Shown: piece after piece, positions 1 to 12,460 of the stretch | Numbering within the stretch: position 1 is the first letter of the stretch | How the letters are laid out: each line of letters starts with the position of its first letter | DNA from: Lama guanicoe | Taxonomy: Eukaryota | DNA length: 56,952 nt | NCBI GenBank assembly: GCA_013239625.1 | Contig: MU054117.1 | Span: 1,242,001 to 1,298,952, forward strand | Direction of reading: 5' to 3' | Made by a program: the position numbers and the translations under genes | Notes under the pieces: model-generated | The model's input: the letters and a program-made list of their open reading frames with translations, nothing else | Database searches by the model: none | Told to the model about the DNA's origin: nothing

Positions 1-1090
1 AAGGAGGCCCCCACCCCCATAAATCCTCCCCGTCCCTCGGGGCAGGAGGTCTGTGAATGCACCGACTAGGACCAGAGATGGGGCAGAGATAGGGCTGGCA
101 CCAGAAGCTAATGGCTTTATGGAGGGGAGGGGGCCAGGGCCAGAGCCGGGAGGACACGAGAAAAGCTTCAAAGACTTTCCTTGTCCAAACATCCTCAACT
201 CCACGACCAGCCCTTCTTGGGGACCGAAGGGGCCGAGCCACCCTCCTCCCTTGGTCTTCTCCCTCCCACACTCGCTCCCCAACAGGCCGGCCCCCACCAC
301 CCGGCCTCCCGCACCCCCCCTCCCGCCAAGTGGGTCCTAGTGTCTCCCGCCAGCGGACCGAGTTCTCTCTCCCAGGGGTCAGGCTTCTGATCCCTGTGAG
401 TCCCCCCCACCCCGACCCCGGCGTCTCTCGCCTGTGTCCCACCGTCTCATCAGGCTCTGTGAATCCCAGGTTCACCCGAGGCCACGCTGGGGACAGGAGT
501 CACCACAGGGGATGGGCTGACAGAGCTGAGGCCAAACCTGCCCAGAGCCGCTAATCCGGCCCTCGTAAACATGAGCGGAGGCGGGCGTCTCCCCGGCAGA
601 TGTCCCCACCGCCGGGTGCTTTCCAGCAAACTCAGCTCATTCAAAAGACGTCGTTCAAAAACTAAGAAAAGAAGAAAAAGACCCAGGCCTGTGCGGTGGG
701 GTCTTTCTCTGCCTCCCAGATGTACGGCCCCCTAAGGTGAACGTTTTCCCCCCAAAACACAACCCTCGGGAGACACTCTCTCCCCAGATGCGACCCCCCA
801 GCCCCAGCCGTCCCAGCACCGAGCAAGCGGGCAGCCCTCAGCCTCCCTTGCTCCCTCTGCTTTCCTGGGCAGGGCTGGAGAGGAAGGGAAGCGTCAGCAG
901 CTGGTCTCATGGGCCTGGGCTGAACGGCTGGGGAAGAGGGAAGCTGGGTCAGCTGAGGGTTTGACCTAATGAGCGCAGAACACGGCAGGAGGGGTCCAGG
1001 TCTCTCCTTGGCCGAGGGGGGCGTGCGACATTGTCAGTCAGGACCCCTCCAGAGGGCCAGAGCTCTGCCCTACTGCCTCATGCATGCATG

Positions 1091-1200
1091 CATTCATTCA
1101 TTTATTCAAAGCAGTCATTCATCAGATGTGCACTGGGGGCCGGTGTGTGCCACTCAGGGCTCGCAGCACCAGCGAGGGACAAGTAAGCACAAAGCAGGTC
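1091..1200 (-). mobile_element. L2 LINE 3' end remnant
   Basis: (CATT)n tail followed by degenerate L2 3'-end-like sequence. Confidence 0.5.
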
Positions 1201-1728
1201 AGGTCCAGTGAACTGCGGGGAAACCCAAGTAGGGTCAAGGGTGAGGGTGATGCTCACCTTACTTAGGGCCCCTGGAGGAGCGTCTCCCCAGACCACTGGG
1301 CAGGATGGGGAGGTAGCAGGGCCACCAGAGCGTGGCCCTGCTGCTCATCGGACCCCCGTGCACACCCGGGGTCCTCACTGAGAGCACTGTGCCGTCACAA
1401 CCAAAGGGCCGCACATTTGGAAGTGGGACTTTTCCTGGCTGGACTCAGCCACCAAGTTTCATTCCCTTAAGAGATGCAGTGAGGAGACCGGAAGAGGCAC
1501 TCGGGCGAGTGCAGCCACCCCAGCAGCTCTGTCCCTGAAGTCGCATGTGCCGTCCTCACCCGGAGCAGTGATGCCGTGGAAACCCCGACCCACGGCACAA
1601 GCGCTCGTCAAGCTCGCTGGCCGCCCGCAGAACCAGCCCTGGGCGCTCAGGACTGGCCTTGCCAGAGTCGAGCCCCCAGGAAGTGGTGTCACCTCCCACA
1701 CCTGCCCCCGGCCCCAGACAGGCGGCCC

Positions 1729-1767
1729 CACGCCTAGAACCCTCCCCGCACCTAGAACCCTCCCTGC
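1729..1767. repeat. Short tandem duplication, 18-bp period (CCTAGAACCCTCCC x2)
   Basis: Direct reading. Confidence 0.8.
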
Positions 1768-3289
1768 AAGCACAGGCTGTGTGGAGACTTCTTCCTCTGT
1801 GCCCCGAGGAGCAGCCGCGGCGTGTGGTCCAGAGACCGTCTGCCGTACGTTAGCGATGCTGCCACAGCGAAGCCGACGGCCGCAGCCACTCGGGAGGGGC
1901 CGTGTCCCCGTGCCGCCCTTGGCGCGAGGATTTCTGTGGGTGGGGGTGGGGGGAGGGGTACCAGAGCCGCAGTCCCGAGCCCTCCCTCCCCTGGGCCACT
2001 CCGTGTCCTCCGTGGAGAAGGCTTGTCCTGGAGCTCAGAGCACCTGTCGGCATCTCCTGCGATGCGGTCCAGTCCCTTCCTCCTTGCCCACTTCCCAGTG
2101 AGCCCCCCTGTGGTCTAGCCCGTGGGGCCCCATCACCGGTCTTCCCACGGCGCTGACCACACGCCAGAATATCCCCCGTTTGAGAACTCCCAGAGCTTCC
2201 CAGCCCCCGAGCCCCCACAACACCCACCCTGGCCTCTTCCTGCCGCCCATTCCCTTCCCGAATCTCCCACCACGGGGTCGCTCTTCCAATGCCCTCCTGC
2301 TCCCACAGCAAGGCCTGCCTCCCCCGCAAGACCACACTCTGATCCTCTTCCGGGGACGCGCTCTCCTGTCCAGTGACCCAACCCCAGGCTCCTCTCAAGT
2401 CCACACTCAAGGTCCACGTCCTCCAAAAAGCCGTTTTTGACTAATCCGACGCCAGGAGGCTCCTTCTCTGATGCGGCGTTACAGCACTTAGAGGACAGGC
2501 ATCGGGTCTGCACCGCCACACGCGCTGCCTTGGAACCGAGCAGCTTCTGGCTTCTCCAGGAGATCCAGAGTGTCCCGAAGGCACAGACGTGCCCCACTTT
2601 GGGCCTGGCTGCCTTCTGGATGGGCCGCGCCTCTCCCCGCGCATGGCAGGCCCCTTCGTCCTTGAGGGCGCACCTACAAAGAAGCCTTCGCTGACCACGC
2701 TCTCCAAAGGAGGCCCCCATCACCCTCTTTCCAGCTTCCTGCGTGGTCCTGCCACCGCAGTCACGTGACACGGGATGATCTGGCACGCTCCTCAGCTGCT
2801 CACGTAAGGTGTTGCTGATGGAGGTGCCCGGGGCCAGCGCGGGCACGTGAGAAAGCTCCCCGAAAGGCAGGACGGAGCTGTCCGAGGGACCGGCCACATC
2901 AGGATGGAGGGCTGGAGAGACGGGAGGGGCAGAGCGGGAAGGAGAACACCTGAGGGTGTGGTTTGGTCAGAGAGAAAACCTCAGGGAGAGATACTGGAAT
3001 AAAGGAGGACTTCGGTAATTTCCAACGTTCTCAGAGCCATTCTTGTTCGTTAAGTTTACGGGTCCCTCTGAAGTCTGATCCTGAGTCCCTGCTGGGCATC
3101 CAGCACCCGTGGTCCAGGGAAAGCCCCATGACCAAACGCTTCTAGCTTCTTGGGGACCAGTCACCTCTGGACCATGAAATGATGGTTGAGTAAATCTTCC
3201 TGGAGAGCCGAGAAGCACAGGCGCTAAGATGCTGGTCGGCTAAGCCCTTCCTTGCAGTCCCGCCTGCTCGCTGTCCTCCAGTTCCCTCC

Positions 3290-3560
3290 GGACTCCGGGC
3301 CTGAAATCCCCGTGTCCTTTTGACTCCTTCTCACCTTTACCCTTTGTGTCAAATCAACTGTCAAGGCCTCTGGGTCATGGCTCCATGATATGTCTTATAC
3401 TTACCCCTCACTCTCCCCCCATTGTCACCGCCAGGCTCTGAGCTACTAAAAGAACCCGCTAACCGCCCCCTTTCCCACCAACAAACTGGGGCTCACACCC
3501 CATCTCATCTGTTAGGGGATGCAGTGAGCCCCTTCCTCACACAGCTGCTCAGTTTCCAAG
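3290..3560 (+). mobile_element. L2 LINE fragment
   Basis: TCCTTTGACTCCTTCTCAC...CAAATCAACTGTCAAGGCCTCTGG resembles the L2 consensus. Confidence 0.5.
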
Positions 3561-3573
3561 GTAACAGCAGCTA

Positions 3574-3760
3574 CAGGCTTCTCAAGTACGGTCCCCCCGC
3601 CAACAGTGCTGGAGTCATCTGGAAACCCACCAGGCACGTGGTCATCAGGCCCCGCCCAGGCCCACCGACTCTGGGGCCCTGAGGGTGTGGCCTCGCAGCC
3701 TGTTCTAGTAGGCCCTCCGGGGGCCCCTGATGCCCGTGAAAATGTGAGCGCCACGGTCAC
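3574..3760. mobile_element. MER5A-like hAT-Charlie MITE
   Basis: Termini CAGGCTTCTCAAGT... and ...GTGAGCGCCACGG, internal CAGGCCCCGCCCAGGCCCACCGA, length about 190 bp. Confidence 0.6.
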
Positions 3761-4029
3761 AGACCCACCCGGAGTAACGGGCAGTGGGTTAAAGCCCGAA
3801 GTTCTTCAAGTAACACCTCTACGTGTCTGTCTGTCTGTCTTTAATGGCAGATTTCCACATGCAAGGCCTAACACAGGCGGCTCCGCACCTGAGGGCTAAA
3901 GGCCCCCGGGCGCCACAGGACCTCAGCACGTGAAGACAGGCACCGTCTCAGATGGATAAATCCGGCCCTCACGCCGACGGTCCGTGAGCATGTAGGCCCT
4001 TGTAATTAATAACCTAAGAGTCACTTCAA

Positions 4030-4160
4030 CGTGTTACTGATGGTTGTGGCGACGGTGCCTAACCCTAGGAATACATTAAAACCACTGAATTATACACTTT
4101 AAATGGGTGACGTACATGGTAGGTGAATTATAGCTCAATAAACCTGTTACATTTTTTTTA
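4030..4160 (+). mobile_element. Old L1M 3' end
   Basis: AAAACCACTGAATTATACACTTTAAATGGGTGA...GTGAATTATAGCTCAATAAA is a typical L1MB/MC terminus. Confidence 0.8.
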
Positions 4161-6571
4161 AGTGTTCCTGGCCGCGCAGCAATCTCGTGGGGGAATCCGC
4201 CCACATGTGCACGGGGACGCGTGTCAGGAACGTGACAGCCTCAGACTGGAGGTCACACGTGTGCCCGTCAACAACGTCTGGACCAACTCGTTGCAACGTG
4301 CTAACGCCGTGCAGTGTCAGGCAATAACGAGGACGGACGGACCGCGGTCACGGGCAACAGCGTCCGCGCAGCTTCCAGGCGGGGCGCAGGGGCGCAGCAA
4401 GTCACGCAGGAGCGCGGAAACCGCGACTCCGTTCCCGGTGACACGGCCGTGTTCAGGGACCCGCACAGCAGGGCGTACCCCGGAGGAAGTGGCTGCTACA
4501 AGCGTCAGGACAGGAGCTTCCCTCGCAGGGAAGGAGGGGCACACGGGCTCCCGGGTGCCGGCGAGGCCCGACCCGCCTGGGCAGCGCGGGCGCACTTGGC
4601 AGGGCACTTCACGGCGACTTGGAAGCTGTGGCCGCGGGCGTCTCTGCACAGGTGACGTCACACAACAAGAGCCATTGCTAAGTGGGAAGAACGCCCAGCG
4701 GCTTGTGGGGCCTCGGTATACCATCTCCACGGAAATACAGCTGTCCTCTCGGGGGCACGCGGCATGCTTTTCTCTTCTCGTTTCTCGTTTTTTGCTTATA
4801 AAGGGGTCCTCACACTCAGAGAGAGATCTCTGCGCAAAATGAATGCTGGAGATCTCAGGTGCAGAGACAGCCACGTGGGACGCCTGTCCGCGGGCGGGTG
4901 GGGTCAGGGCTTCTGCGCCAGCCACGCGGGCCCCGTGCTCGCGCGTGAGGCCTGGCCCAGCCACGCGGGAAGCGCAGGGAGCCGGGCAGCCGTTCGTCCC
5001 TTCCCCGCTCACGCCGGGAAGCCGGGACCCGGTAAAACCTCCTCTGTCTCAATAATTACTATTTAGTCCTGTTTCTCCGGCACAGATTTCTTTTCATAGG
5101 TATTTTCCTCTTTAAAATATTTTTTAAGGGGAGACCACAGATCCGTGCTCGGATGTAGCCAAGGCTTCGTCAGAAAGCCCCACAGCCTCTGACAGACGCC
5201 CCAGGTGCCGCTTTCCTTCCCAGCTGAACTGCTGCAGCCTCTATAAATGTATTTTTTTTGTAAGGGGATCCCCAGTTCCATCACATCGCTTTTTATAGCC
5301 CTTGGGAAGTCTTGCCTCCCAGACACCCCGTGTCCTTTCCCATTGTGTCTCCGGCCTACAGGGGAAATCACGCCTTGGGGATGAGACGAGGTGGGTAGAG
5401 GGCGGGTAGGAGTGATGAGACCTTAATCCTGGCCTTTAGAGAAATGCCAAATTGCCCTTCCCCAGACACGCGTCTGTCATTCACAGTGATAAGTTTATCA
5501 CGGTGACAAACTTCCCACCATTTGGGAAGCACAGAGCAAGACCGCCCTCAACGAGGCGCAGGGCAGCCGCACACGGGGACTGATCCTCAGGCCACCCGGC
5601 CAAAGCCCGCCCCTCGACGCTTCAGAGAAACGCGACTCCCCAGCCCCCGCGTGGCTCCCGGAGGGGCAGACCCCCGCGGACTCCGCATCTCACTTGGGAG
5701 AGCAGAGTTTTCTCCCCAAGCAAACGTCCACTGGAAGGTAAGAACGAGGAAGTTTTCCTTCTCCGGAACCCTGAGACGTGAGAAGCAGTTAAGAAGATGC
5801 TCTGAAGGTGCCCAGCTTTCTTCTCAAGGGAGCTGGGGAGCTGTCAGACGCTCCCTGCTTCCTCCACGTCCTCATTCTCACTGGGTCTGCGACTCTGGGT
5901 AAAGCCACTGACCTGGGCAAATGCCACCCACTTATGCAAAGTCCTTGGTCTGGACAGAGTGGAGGACGCAGGTAAATGGAGTTCCAGACCCCCCTCTCGG
6001 GCAGGCCCCCGTCCAGGCCACGAGCCAGTTAGAGTTGAAGTGTTTGTCTCATGCTGCCGAGTAAAGGTGCTCCTCTTTTTGCAAAATGAAGCGTATTTTA
6101 AAAGGACCTGGGAAAATTTACTATTTAAAAAAGCAGGAATCACCAACTGGCAGGTAACCAAATCTCTCTGGCTCACATGATATTTTTACATTTTTGGAAG
6201 ACGCTTCCCTTGTGGTGGGGGAGGGGGTACACGGGGACTCGAATTTTCCACACTCCCCGCTGGTCTCTATCGCATCTCTGCTGGCTGCCTCACACATCTG
6301 TTTAGCTTGTCAGGCTTGCAAAGCCTTCTAAGTGTGCCCCTCCGTTATTTAAAGAAATCTTATAGATCATATTTATATTATGTGTCTGTTACACATAGCA
6401 GTCATTTCAGCATATGAATAATCACTCTGAGCCCTTTACAAGCCTGGATTTGCACATACGGGGTCTTCTGAAAGCAGTTACACATACTGGTCCTTCTTTT
6501 TCTAAAAAATTCTGTCATTCCATCCCAGAAAGAGAGATTTTGCATAAATTATTGCCTCACATTACCCTAGT

Positions 6572-6676
6572 CTTTCTTTTTCCCCCCCTTTTTTTTGTTA
6601 ATGGAGGTACTGGGGATCGAACCCAGGACCTCGTGTGTGCTAAGCATACACTCTACCCCTGAGCTACACCCTCCCC
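6572..6676 (-). mobile_element. Vic-1-like tRNA-Ala-derived camelid SINE
   Basis: Minus strand GGGGAGGGTGTAGCTCAGGGGTAGAG (A box) ... GGTTCGATCCCC (B box) plus A-rich tail. Flanking CTAGTCTT at 6567-6574 and 6688-6695. Confidence 0.85.
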
Positions 6677-7436
6677 ACCCCCTGCCTCTAGTCTTCCTGC
6701 TCTCTTGGAGTCTGACTGAAGCTGCCAACCTTCTGCTCCCCAAATTGGCAATTTCCATTCAGAAAAACAGGATAGTGATTTCATTTTTATGAACAAGTGG
6801 GAGGTGCCTATCGCAGTGAGAAGGACATCACGGAAGAAACAGCGTGGATCCACCGGGCTTGACGGGGAGTGCCAGGCGCGGGGGACACGCCGAGGGTGGG
6901 CTGGCCGAAGGGGACCCCGCGGGGACGAGGCCCCGAGCAGCTTTCTAATGAAAACCAGGGGCAGAGAGCGCTCACCCCTGGCAGGAGCCCCCTCCTCCTT
7001 CCTCACAGGGAGACATTCACAGCCAGGCAGCCTCTCCTCCCCTCGCTGGCCCGACACCCACAAAGTTTCCCTTCCCAGAACTAGGGCCTCCAGGTCAAGT
7101 TTGTGGGTCCCGCAGGTTCTGATCTGGGGGGTTCAACGACCTTTGCGGCCACCTCCAGAAAAAAGGTGGATCACCAAATCCGAGCCCAGGCAGGTGGAGG
7201 GGCTCCCAGTTCACTGCGGAGGTCCTTTCGTTTCTTTTTGGCTCCACCAGGCCTCTTCCTCGGGGCTCCCAGCCCTCCTGCTGAGTTGCTCCCCTGCTGC
7301 CTGCTACCCAGTGAAGGTCGCAGGGACAGAGGCCGGGCCGTGTGGTCCACGCGGCATCGTCGGGGCTGCAGAGTGAGGCGACACACAGACGCCCAGCCAG
7401 CTCCCAGCACTCTCCAGCCACCTGGGGAAACGTTAA

Positions 7437-7544
7437 GCATTCACCACATGACAGATACCTATTGTGGGCCCACTGTGCGCCCAGCAGCGCGCAGGAAGGG
7501 ACAATGAACACGGAAGCTGTCACTGTCCCAGGAGCTCAGCACCG
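7437..7544 (-). mobile_element. L2 3' end, interrupted by MER3
   Basis: CATTCACCACATGACAGATACCTATTGTGGGCCCACTGTGCGCC...GGAGCTCA resembles the L2 terminus; L2-like sequence appears to resume after 7737. Confidence 0.55.
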
Positions 7545-7737
7545 CTGCCCTGTCCGCCACGGTAGCTGCTGGTCACTTGTCGCTAGTTAAGGTTAGAAGG
7601 ACTTGACTTTAAACGCTCCTGTCTCAGCAGCGGCAGACACGCGCCAGGCGCTCGGTACCCACACGTGGCTCGGGGCCCCTGTCGGGGACAGGTCACAAAA
7701 CATCTCCATCATCACCGAGAGTTTACGGACAGAGCTG
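7545..7737 (-). mobile_element. MER3-like hAT-Charlie MITE
   Basis: Terminal inverted repeats CTGCCCTGTCC...GGACAGAGCTG and internal AACATCTCCATCATCACCGAGAGTT matching the recalled MER3 consensus. Confidence 0.7.
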
Positions 7738-9870
7738 GTCTGGAGAGGAAAGCAGGCAAGAAAACAAAGCATCGCCACCATCAGCAAAGCCACACGCACC
7801 ACGTGAAACCTGTGAGTTGTGTCCAGGGTAGTAAGGGCTGTAACAGGGCTGGCACGCAAGAGGCCACGGGCGCCTCGGCGAGGACAGCGGCCGCAGCACC
7901 CAGCCTGGGGTCAGCACCCTCAGCTTCCTGCTCCAGCGCAGCCTCTGCTTCTCAGCCTTCCAGGTGATCACCGTAGGGGCATCGGGAGTAATGGCCCCTT
8001 CGTCAGAACTCAGTGACTGGCTATTCTGTATCTGCTACTCACTACAGAAAAAGCTCCTTCCCAGTGAAGACGCCAGAAAGTAATTCAGATGGAGATCTTC
8101 GTGTGACGCCAGCGCAGACCAGTGCGCCTTACTGAGCACGCTCGGCCCCGACCCAAAGCCGAGCGGGAGACACTTGCGTGCTCCTGCGGGGCGGGCAGAC
8201 TTGGCCAGATCGCAGCGGCTAGCAGAGCGCCGCGTTAGGAAGGAGGCAGCAACGGCTCTCTGGCTCTTATCCTAGTAACGGCACCCAGTCATCCGTCCCA
8301 AGAAAGACAGATTCCTTCCTAAGGATGGGGTGCTTCACAATGGAGGCGGTACCTGAACTTGTCCCTCAGAGGACGGGCGGGACTCCCGCAGGTGGAGACG
8401 GGAGGGTGAGGCCCTCCCGCTGGGCAGAGGCGCAGAGAGGCCTGAAAACCCCTAACAGATCTGGAGAATGACAAGAACACCGTTACAACAGTTTCATGTC
8501 CAAAATCCAACTGCTGCCAACAGAGAGAGGCAGGGAGGGCACCAAAATTCAAAGGAAAACAGAAGTCATTCATTCCTGGTGAGGCAGGAGCTTCCTCCTG
8601 CCCGCCCCCCCCACGGAAGAGCCTGGGCCCCCCTGCCCCAGCACTGGGGCCTCCTTCTGCATCTGCAGGACACCCGAGGCGCTCGGCCAGGAGAGAAGCA
8701 GCGTCAGATGGGACTCGGAAACCTGGCCACCGTCTGCAGGTAGTACCACGGGTGGGTGAGGGAGGGAGGGCTGGAGGCTGGGAGCCGGGCTGCTGGTGGC
8801 AGGCGGACCCGGCAGAGACAGGATAAGGAGACCAGATAAGAGGGTGTGTCAGCCTGAGCGGGAGGACGGGGGGAAGCGGGGTCCCTGCGTCGTTGGCCAC
8901 AAGGGTGACAAATGTCCGGGGCGGCACCAACCATCAGCATGGGCCTCCCAACCACCGGCCTCGGTCACGGCCAAACTGGATAAAGAATTCCGATGGCAGC
9001 GCGTCCGCGTGCGGCTCTGGGGAGAGCTCGCCACCTTTACGCTCGTCCCCGAGGCGACACTGGGTGGTTGGCACAGGTTTGATCCGGGGGATCTGGTTCC
9101 CTCGCAAACACGGCATCAATTCGAAAGAATCGCCACTTGACTGAAGAAGCCACTGAGCGCGAAGGCGTGTGCACATGGGATGAGTCAGCAGAAACGCCTT
9201 CACTACGATTAACAGAAGTTACAGTTCAGAGTGGAAACAGCTATGAACAACTCCCGCATTCCTGGGCATCTCTGTACTTGCTGAGATGGGCCGTCGCCCG
9301 TGACACCCACCCCCGCGCCCTCAGAGCTGCTGGCGGCAGAGCTGACGTGCTGGTCCCACGGCCCGATTACGTTTTCCAGCCTCTGCGGCTCTGGGATGCC
9401 ATCAGATGGTCACGCGACTGGGTCCAGGCAACTTCCAGGCCTGGCCCTTCACGGGACCTCCGACAAGCAGTCCTCCGTGCTCTTTCTGGCAAGCATGGTG
9501 GCTTTCAAGTGAGGACTAAAGCCAGAGTCAGGAGACAACGACCCCACGGTCCCCGCGTTGCCAGCTGGGGAACCGCCCGCCAACAGGGAACACGCACCTT
9601 GGTGTCCACGTGGGTTAGTAATGCACCCATGGCTTTAGAGCCAGCTTACACCTGGCATTTGTCCGTTACAGGAGCTGTTGTTAACTTAGCGAACACAAAC
9701 TCTTCCAGCCCTATGCTGCTTAGTAACAGACTCATCCACGCACTTGAAAAAATCCCCTTTTGGACGATAAACACCCTATGTGTGTTTGTACTTGCTCACG
9801 TGGTTTCCAAGTCTATGGAAGGGACTGCGACTGTGGATGGACGGCAACCGTCATTAAGATGGCAGAGAGG

Positions 9871-9947
9871 CATTGCAGTGCACCTGAAACCAACACCGTA
9901 AGTCGACTACACTTCAATAAAAACATAAGAATTAAGACAAAAAAATT
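9871..9947 (+). mobile_element. Very short cetartiodactyl L1 3' tail
   Basis: CACCTGAAACCAACACCGTAAGTCGACTACACTTCAATAAAA plus A-rich tail. TSD CAGAGAGG at 9863-9870 and 9948-9955. Confidence 0.75.
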
Positions 9948-11949
9948 CAGAGAGGTGTCCAGCCACACAAGGACAGACAGCGAGCGGGGAGACGCCGCCT
10001 GATTTCAGCTCTGTGAGGTCGACGACGTTTTTTCTGTCTGGGAAGACAGTGAAGCACATCACCACAGAGGGTTTTAAAAAGAAAAAAAGGCTGAATCCTG
10101 TCTTAAGCCATTCACCGGCCACAAGACCGAATGAACAACAATGGCGTTTTGCTAGGGCAGGTCCAGCCCTTGGTGGCTGTGTGACCCAGACAAGCAGTGC
10201 ACCTGCCCCGCACCCCGACTCCCCCCGGCGAGGATGAAGCCTTGACCCACATGAGCCCTAACGCCCCTCCAGCCCTGACACCCCTGGCAGCCGCTGACCC
10301 GTCAACCAATCCGGTTAACTTGGCTCATTAAGTCCATTGGGCAATTTAGTATGCTGTCCAAAGAAATTGTTTAAAAAATGTCCACCCTTTCATGAAGGGC
10401 AAGCCTGATGGAACACTGAGGGAGTTTTGGTTTTGAAAAACAAAGTGAGTTAAGATGTTAGGACAGTACCCTTAAACAAAAACCTTCCTTTGTGATGGGT
10501 AGGAAATACTATCTCATTTTGCACCGCGTTTCTTTGGTTATCAGCAAGGGCGTGACTTTCGGATGGCTATCAGCCATTTGTGCTTCCTCGTTCACAGGTC
10601 ATTTCGTTTCAAGAGTAGAGCACTTGAGGCAGGACTGAAGTGGGGAGCGGGGGTATCAGTGCCCGAGCCTTCCAGCCAGCGGCCAGCCAGCGGCCAGAGG
10701 ATCTTGTCCAGGGCGGTCACCAGCTCCCCCGCCGGCAATGTGTGGCAATGTAGGTTCGCGCTGGGCCTCCGAGAGCACACCTGCCTCCCATTATGTGCTG
10801 AACCAGTGGAAGCAGACCATTGTGGGCTCCGTGTCTTCTCTCTTCCTGAGACAGCCCCACCCAGTGTCAAAAGGGTTACAAATTCCACCCAGGATCCGGA
10901 GAGCCCCTTCCGACTTGTCCAGGAGTAAAGATTCTACGGAGGAGCCCTAAACAGACACTGCCTGTGATGACGTGGGGGGCAGACGGGCCGGGGAGACCCT
11001 GGCTCTGTCCGGCTAATGCTAGCTCAAAGACGTGTTTTGGCCGAAGACAGCCTGTAACCCTGTAACTCGATGTGCGCTGCCATCACACAGAGGGTGGAGG
11101 TGTAGATCAGGAGGCGTTTTTTTTGGCTCTGCGGTCTCCCCAGAGCCAACCCTGCCCCGCGCTCATAGCCTCGCCCCGACGTCACCCTCTGCATCCAGGT
11201 GATGTCTGCACGTGCAGTGGTTCAGATGGTGGGAGAAAAGCCACTCTCTGCTGCCATCTGGGTTCCATCAGCAAAGCAGAACAACACTGTGGGTTTCCAA
11301 AGCAGTCAGAACCTTAGTTTACAGTAACAGATCTAAGCACTCCTGCAGCTTTTCCAGCCGTAAAACTGGAAGGATGCAGAGAAGGTCTGCGTCTTCTGCA
11401 CGTGTCTTGGAGACCAGCACGGCCTCTGTGCAAGGATGACACGCAAATTCACGATAAGGCCTCTCTTTTATGTGCTCGTTATACTTCAACAAAAAAGTAG
11501 ATTTTAAAAACTGACAGAGGGAAATTCTAATGAGGACCCTCTGCAAAAAATGCCGAGTAGCCAGTGCCCCCGGGTTCAAATCAAGGACACATTAGCAGGA
11601 GCGAGAACAAGGAGGAGTGTACCTGATCCTCTGCACAGGGCCCCAGCCTGGGGACGCCACCACCTGGGGCGGCGGTAACAGGCAAGACGGCGCGATCCGA
11701 TGCTCTGATGCGCCACCAGCGGGTGCAGGTGGTGGCTGGGAGCCTTGCCTGGGCGTCCATGCCCTCCTGGCGGCACAGGAGAGGCTGCCCCCGCCGCCCC
11801 ACGGAGAGGCCTGTGCTTCTCACCTGTGGCTGAAACGAGTGAAAATGGCAGTGCATCCCCATGGCGACTTCCAGCTCAAAGTGACCGGACCCCTCGGGAA
11901 ATCTCAGCGGGAAAGGCGCTCGTGTTCATGTCGAGAGAAACCACACACA

Positions 11950-12460
11950 CACCCTTGGAAGCCGACATCAGTGACCAAAAAGTCCACGGAAAACCGCACA
12001 GCAGAGCCCAGCGAGCGCGAGGGCCCGCCCGGCTCAGCGGGGAGAGGCGTGGAGCGCTGCGCAGAGGCAGCAGCGGGACGTCTGGCGTCCTGCCTGTCCC
12101 GGCTGCTCCCGACACACAGACCCACCGGTCTCCTCTTTAAAAGACAGCCTCCTTCTCCCTCTCTCTCCTCCAATGCATAGTAACCAAAGGAAAATCAGAC
12201 TGAAAGTCAGCATTTATCCAGTGCCAACTGCATACGCTGCACCAGGGGCCACAGGGCGCGGGCGAGCAGATGCCCGCAGGCGACGCGGAACCAGAGGGTC
12301 CCGCCCCGGCTCAGGGAGCCCCGCGGACCAGGCAGGCGCAGGGAGAGCGAGGCCGGCCCGGGCGAGGGGGCGCCCGGGCCGGGGCCCCCGCAATGCCGGG
12401 CAGGGCTGCGGCAGGACCCCCACCTGTTTGGTTAGTCAGTTGAACAAACAGGATTTGGGA
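11950..12460. promoter_or_regulatory. Small CpG-rich island, candidate regulatory element
   Basis: Dense CpG/GC at 12250-12420 in sequence I do not recognise as a repeat, with an adjacent FOX/AP-1-like motif cassette. Confidence 0.45.

Noticed and set aside
6601..6676. tRNA-Ala-like sequences (also at 17748, 19101, 21737, 33457, 38448, 45056)
   Set aside because: Diverged, A/T-tailed, dispersed and often flanked by TSDs, so SINEs rather than tRNA genes.
2133..9901. ORFs of about 200-250 aa at 2133, 4162, 4317, 6789, 8319 and 9137 (similar ones at 34720, 42638, 47410, 48443)
   Set aside because: Pro/Arg/Gly/Ser-rich with no recognisable domain, many with non-ATG starts, and some overlapping repeat remnants; expected by chance in GC-rich DNA.
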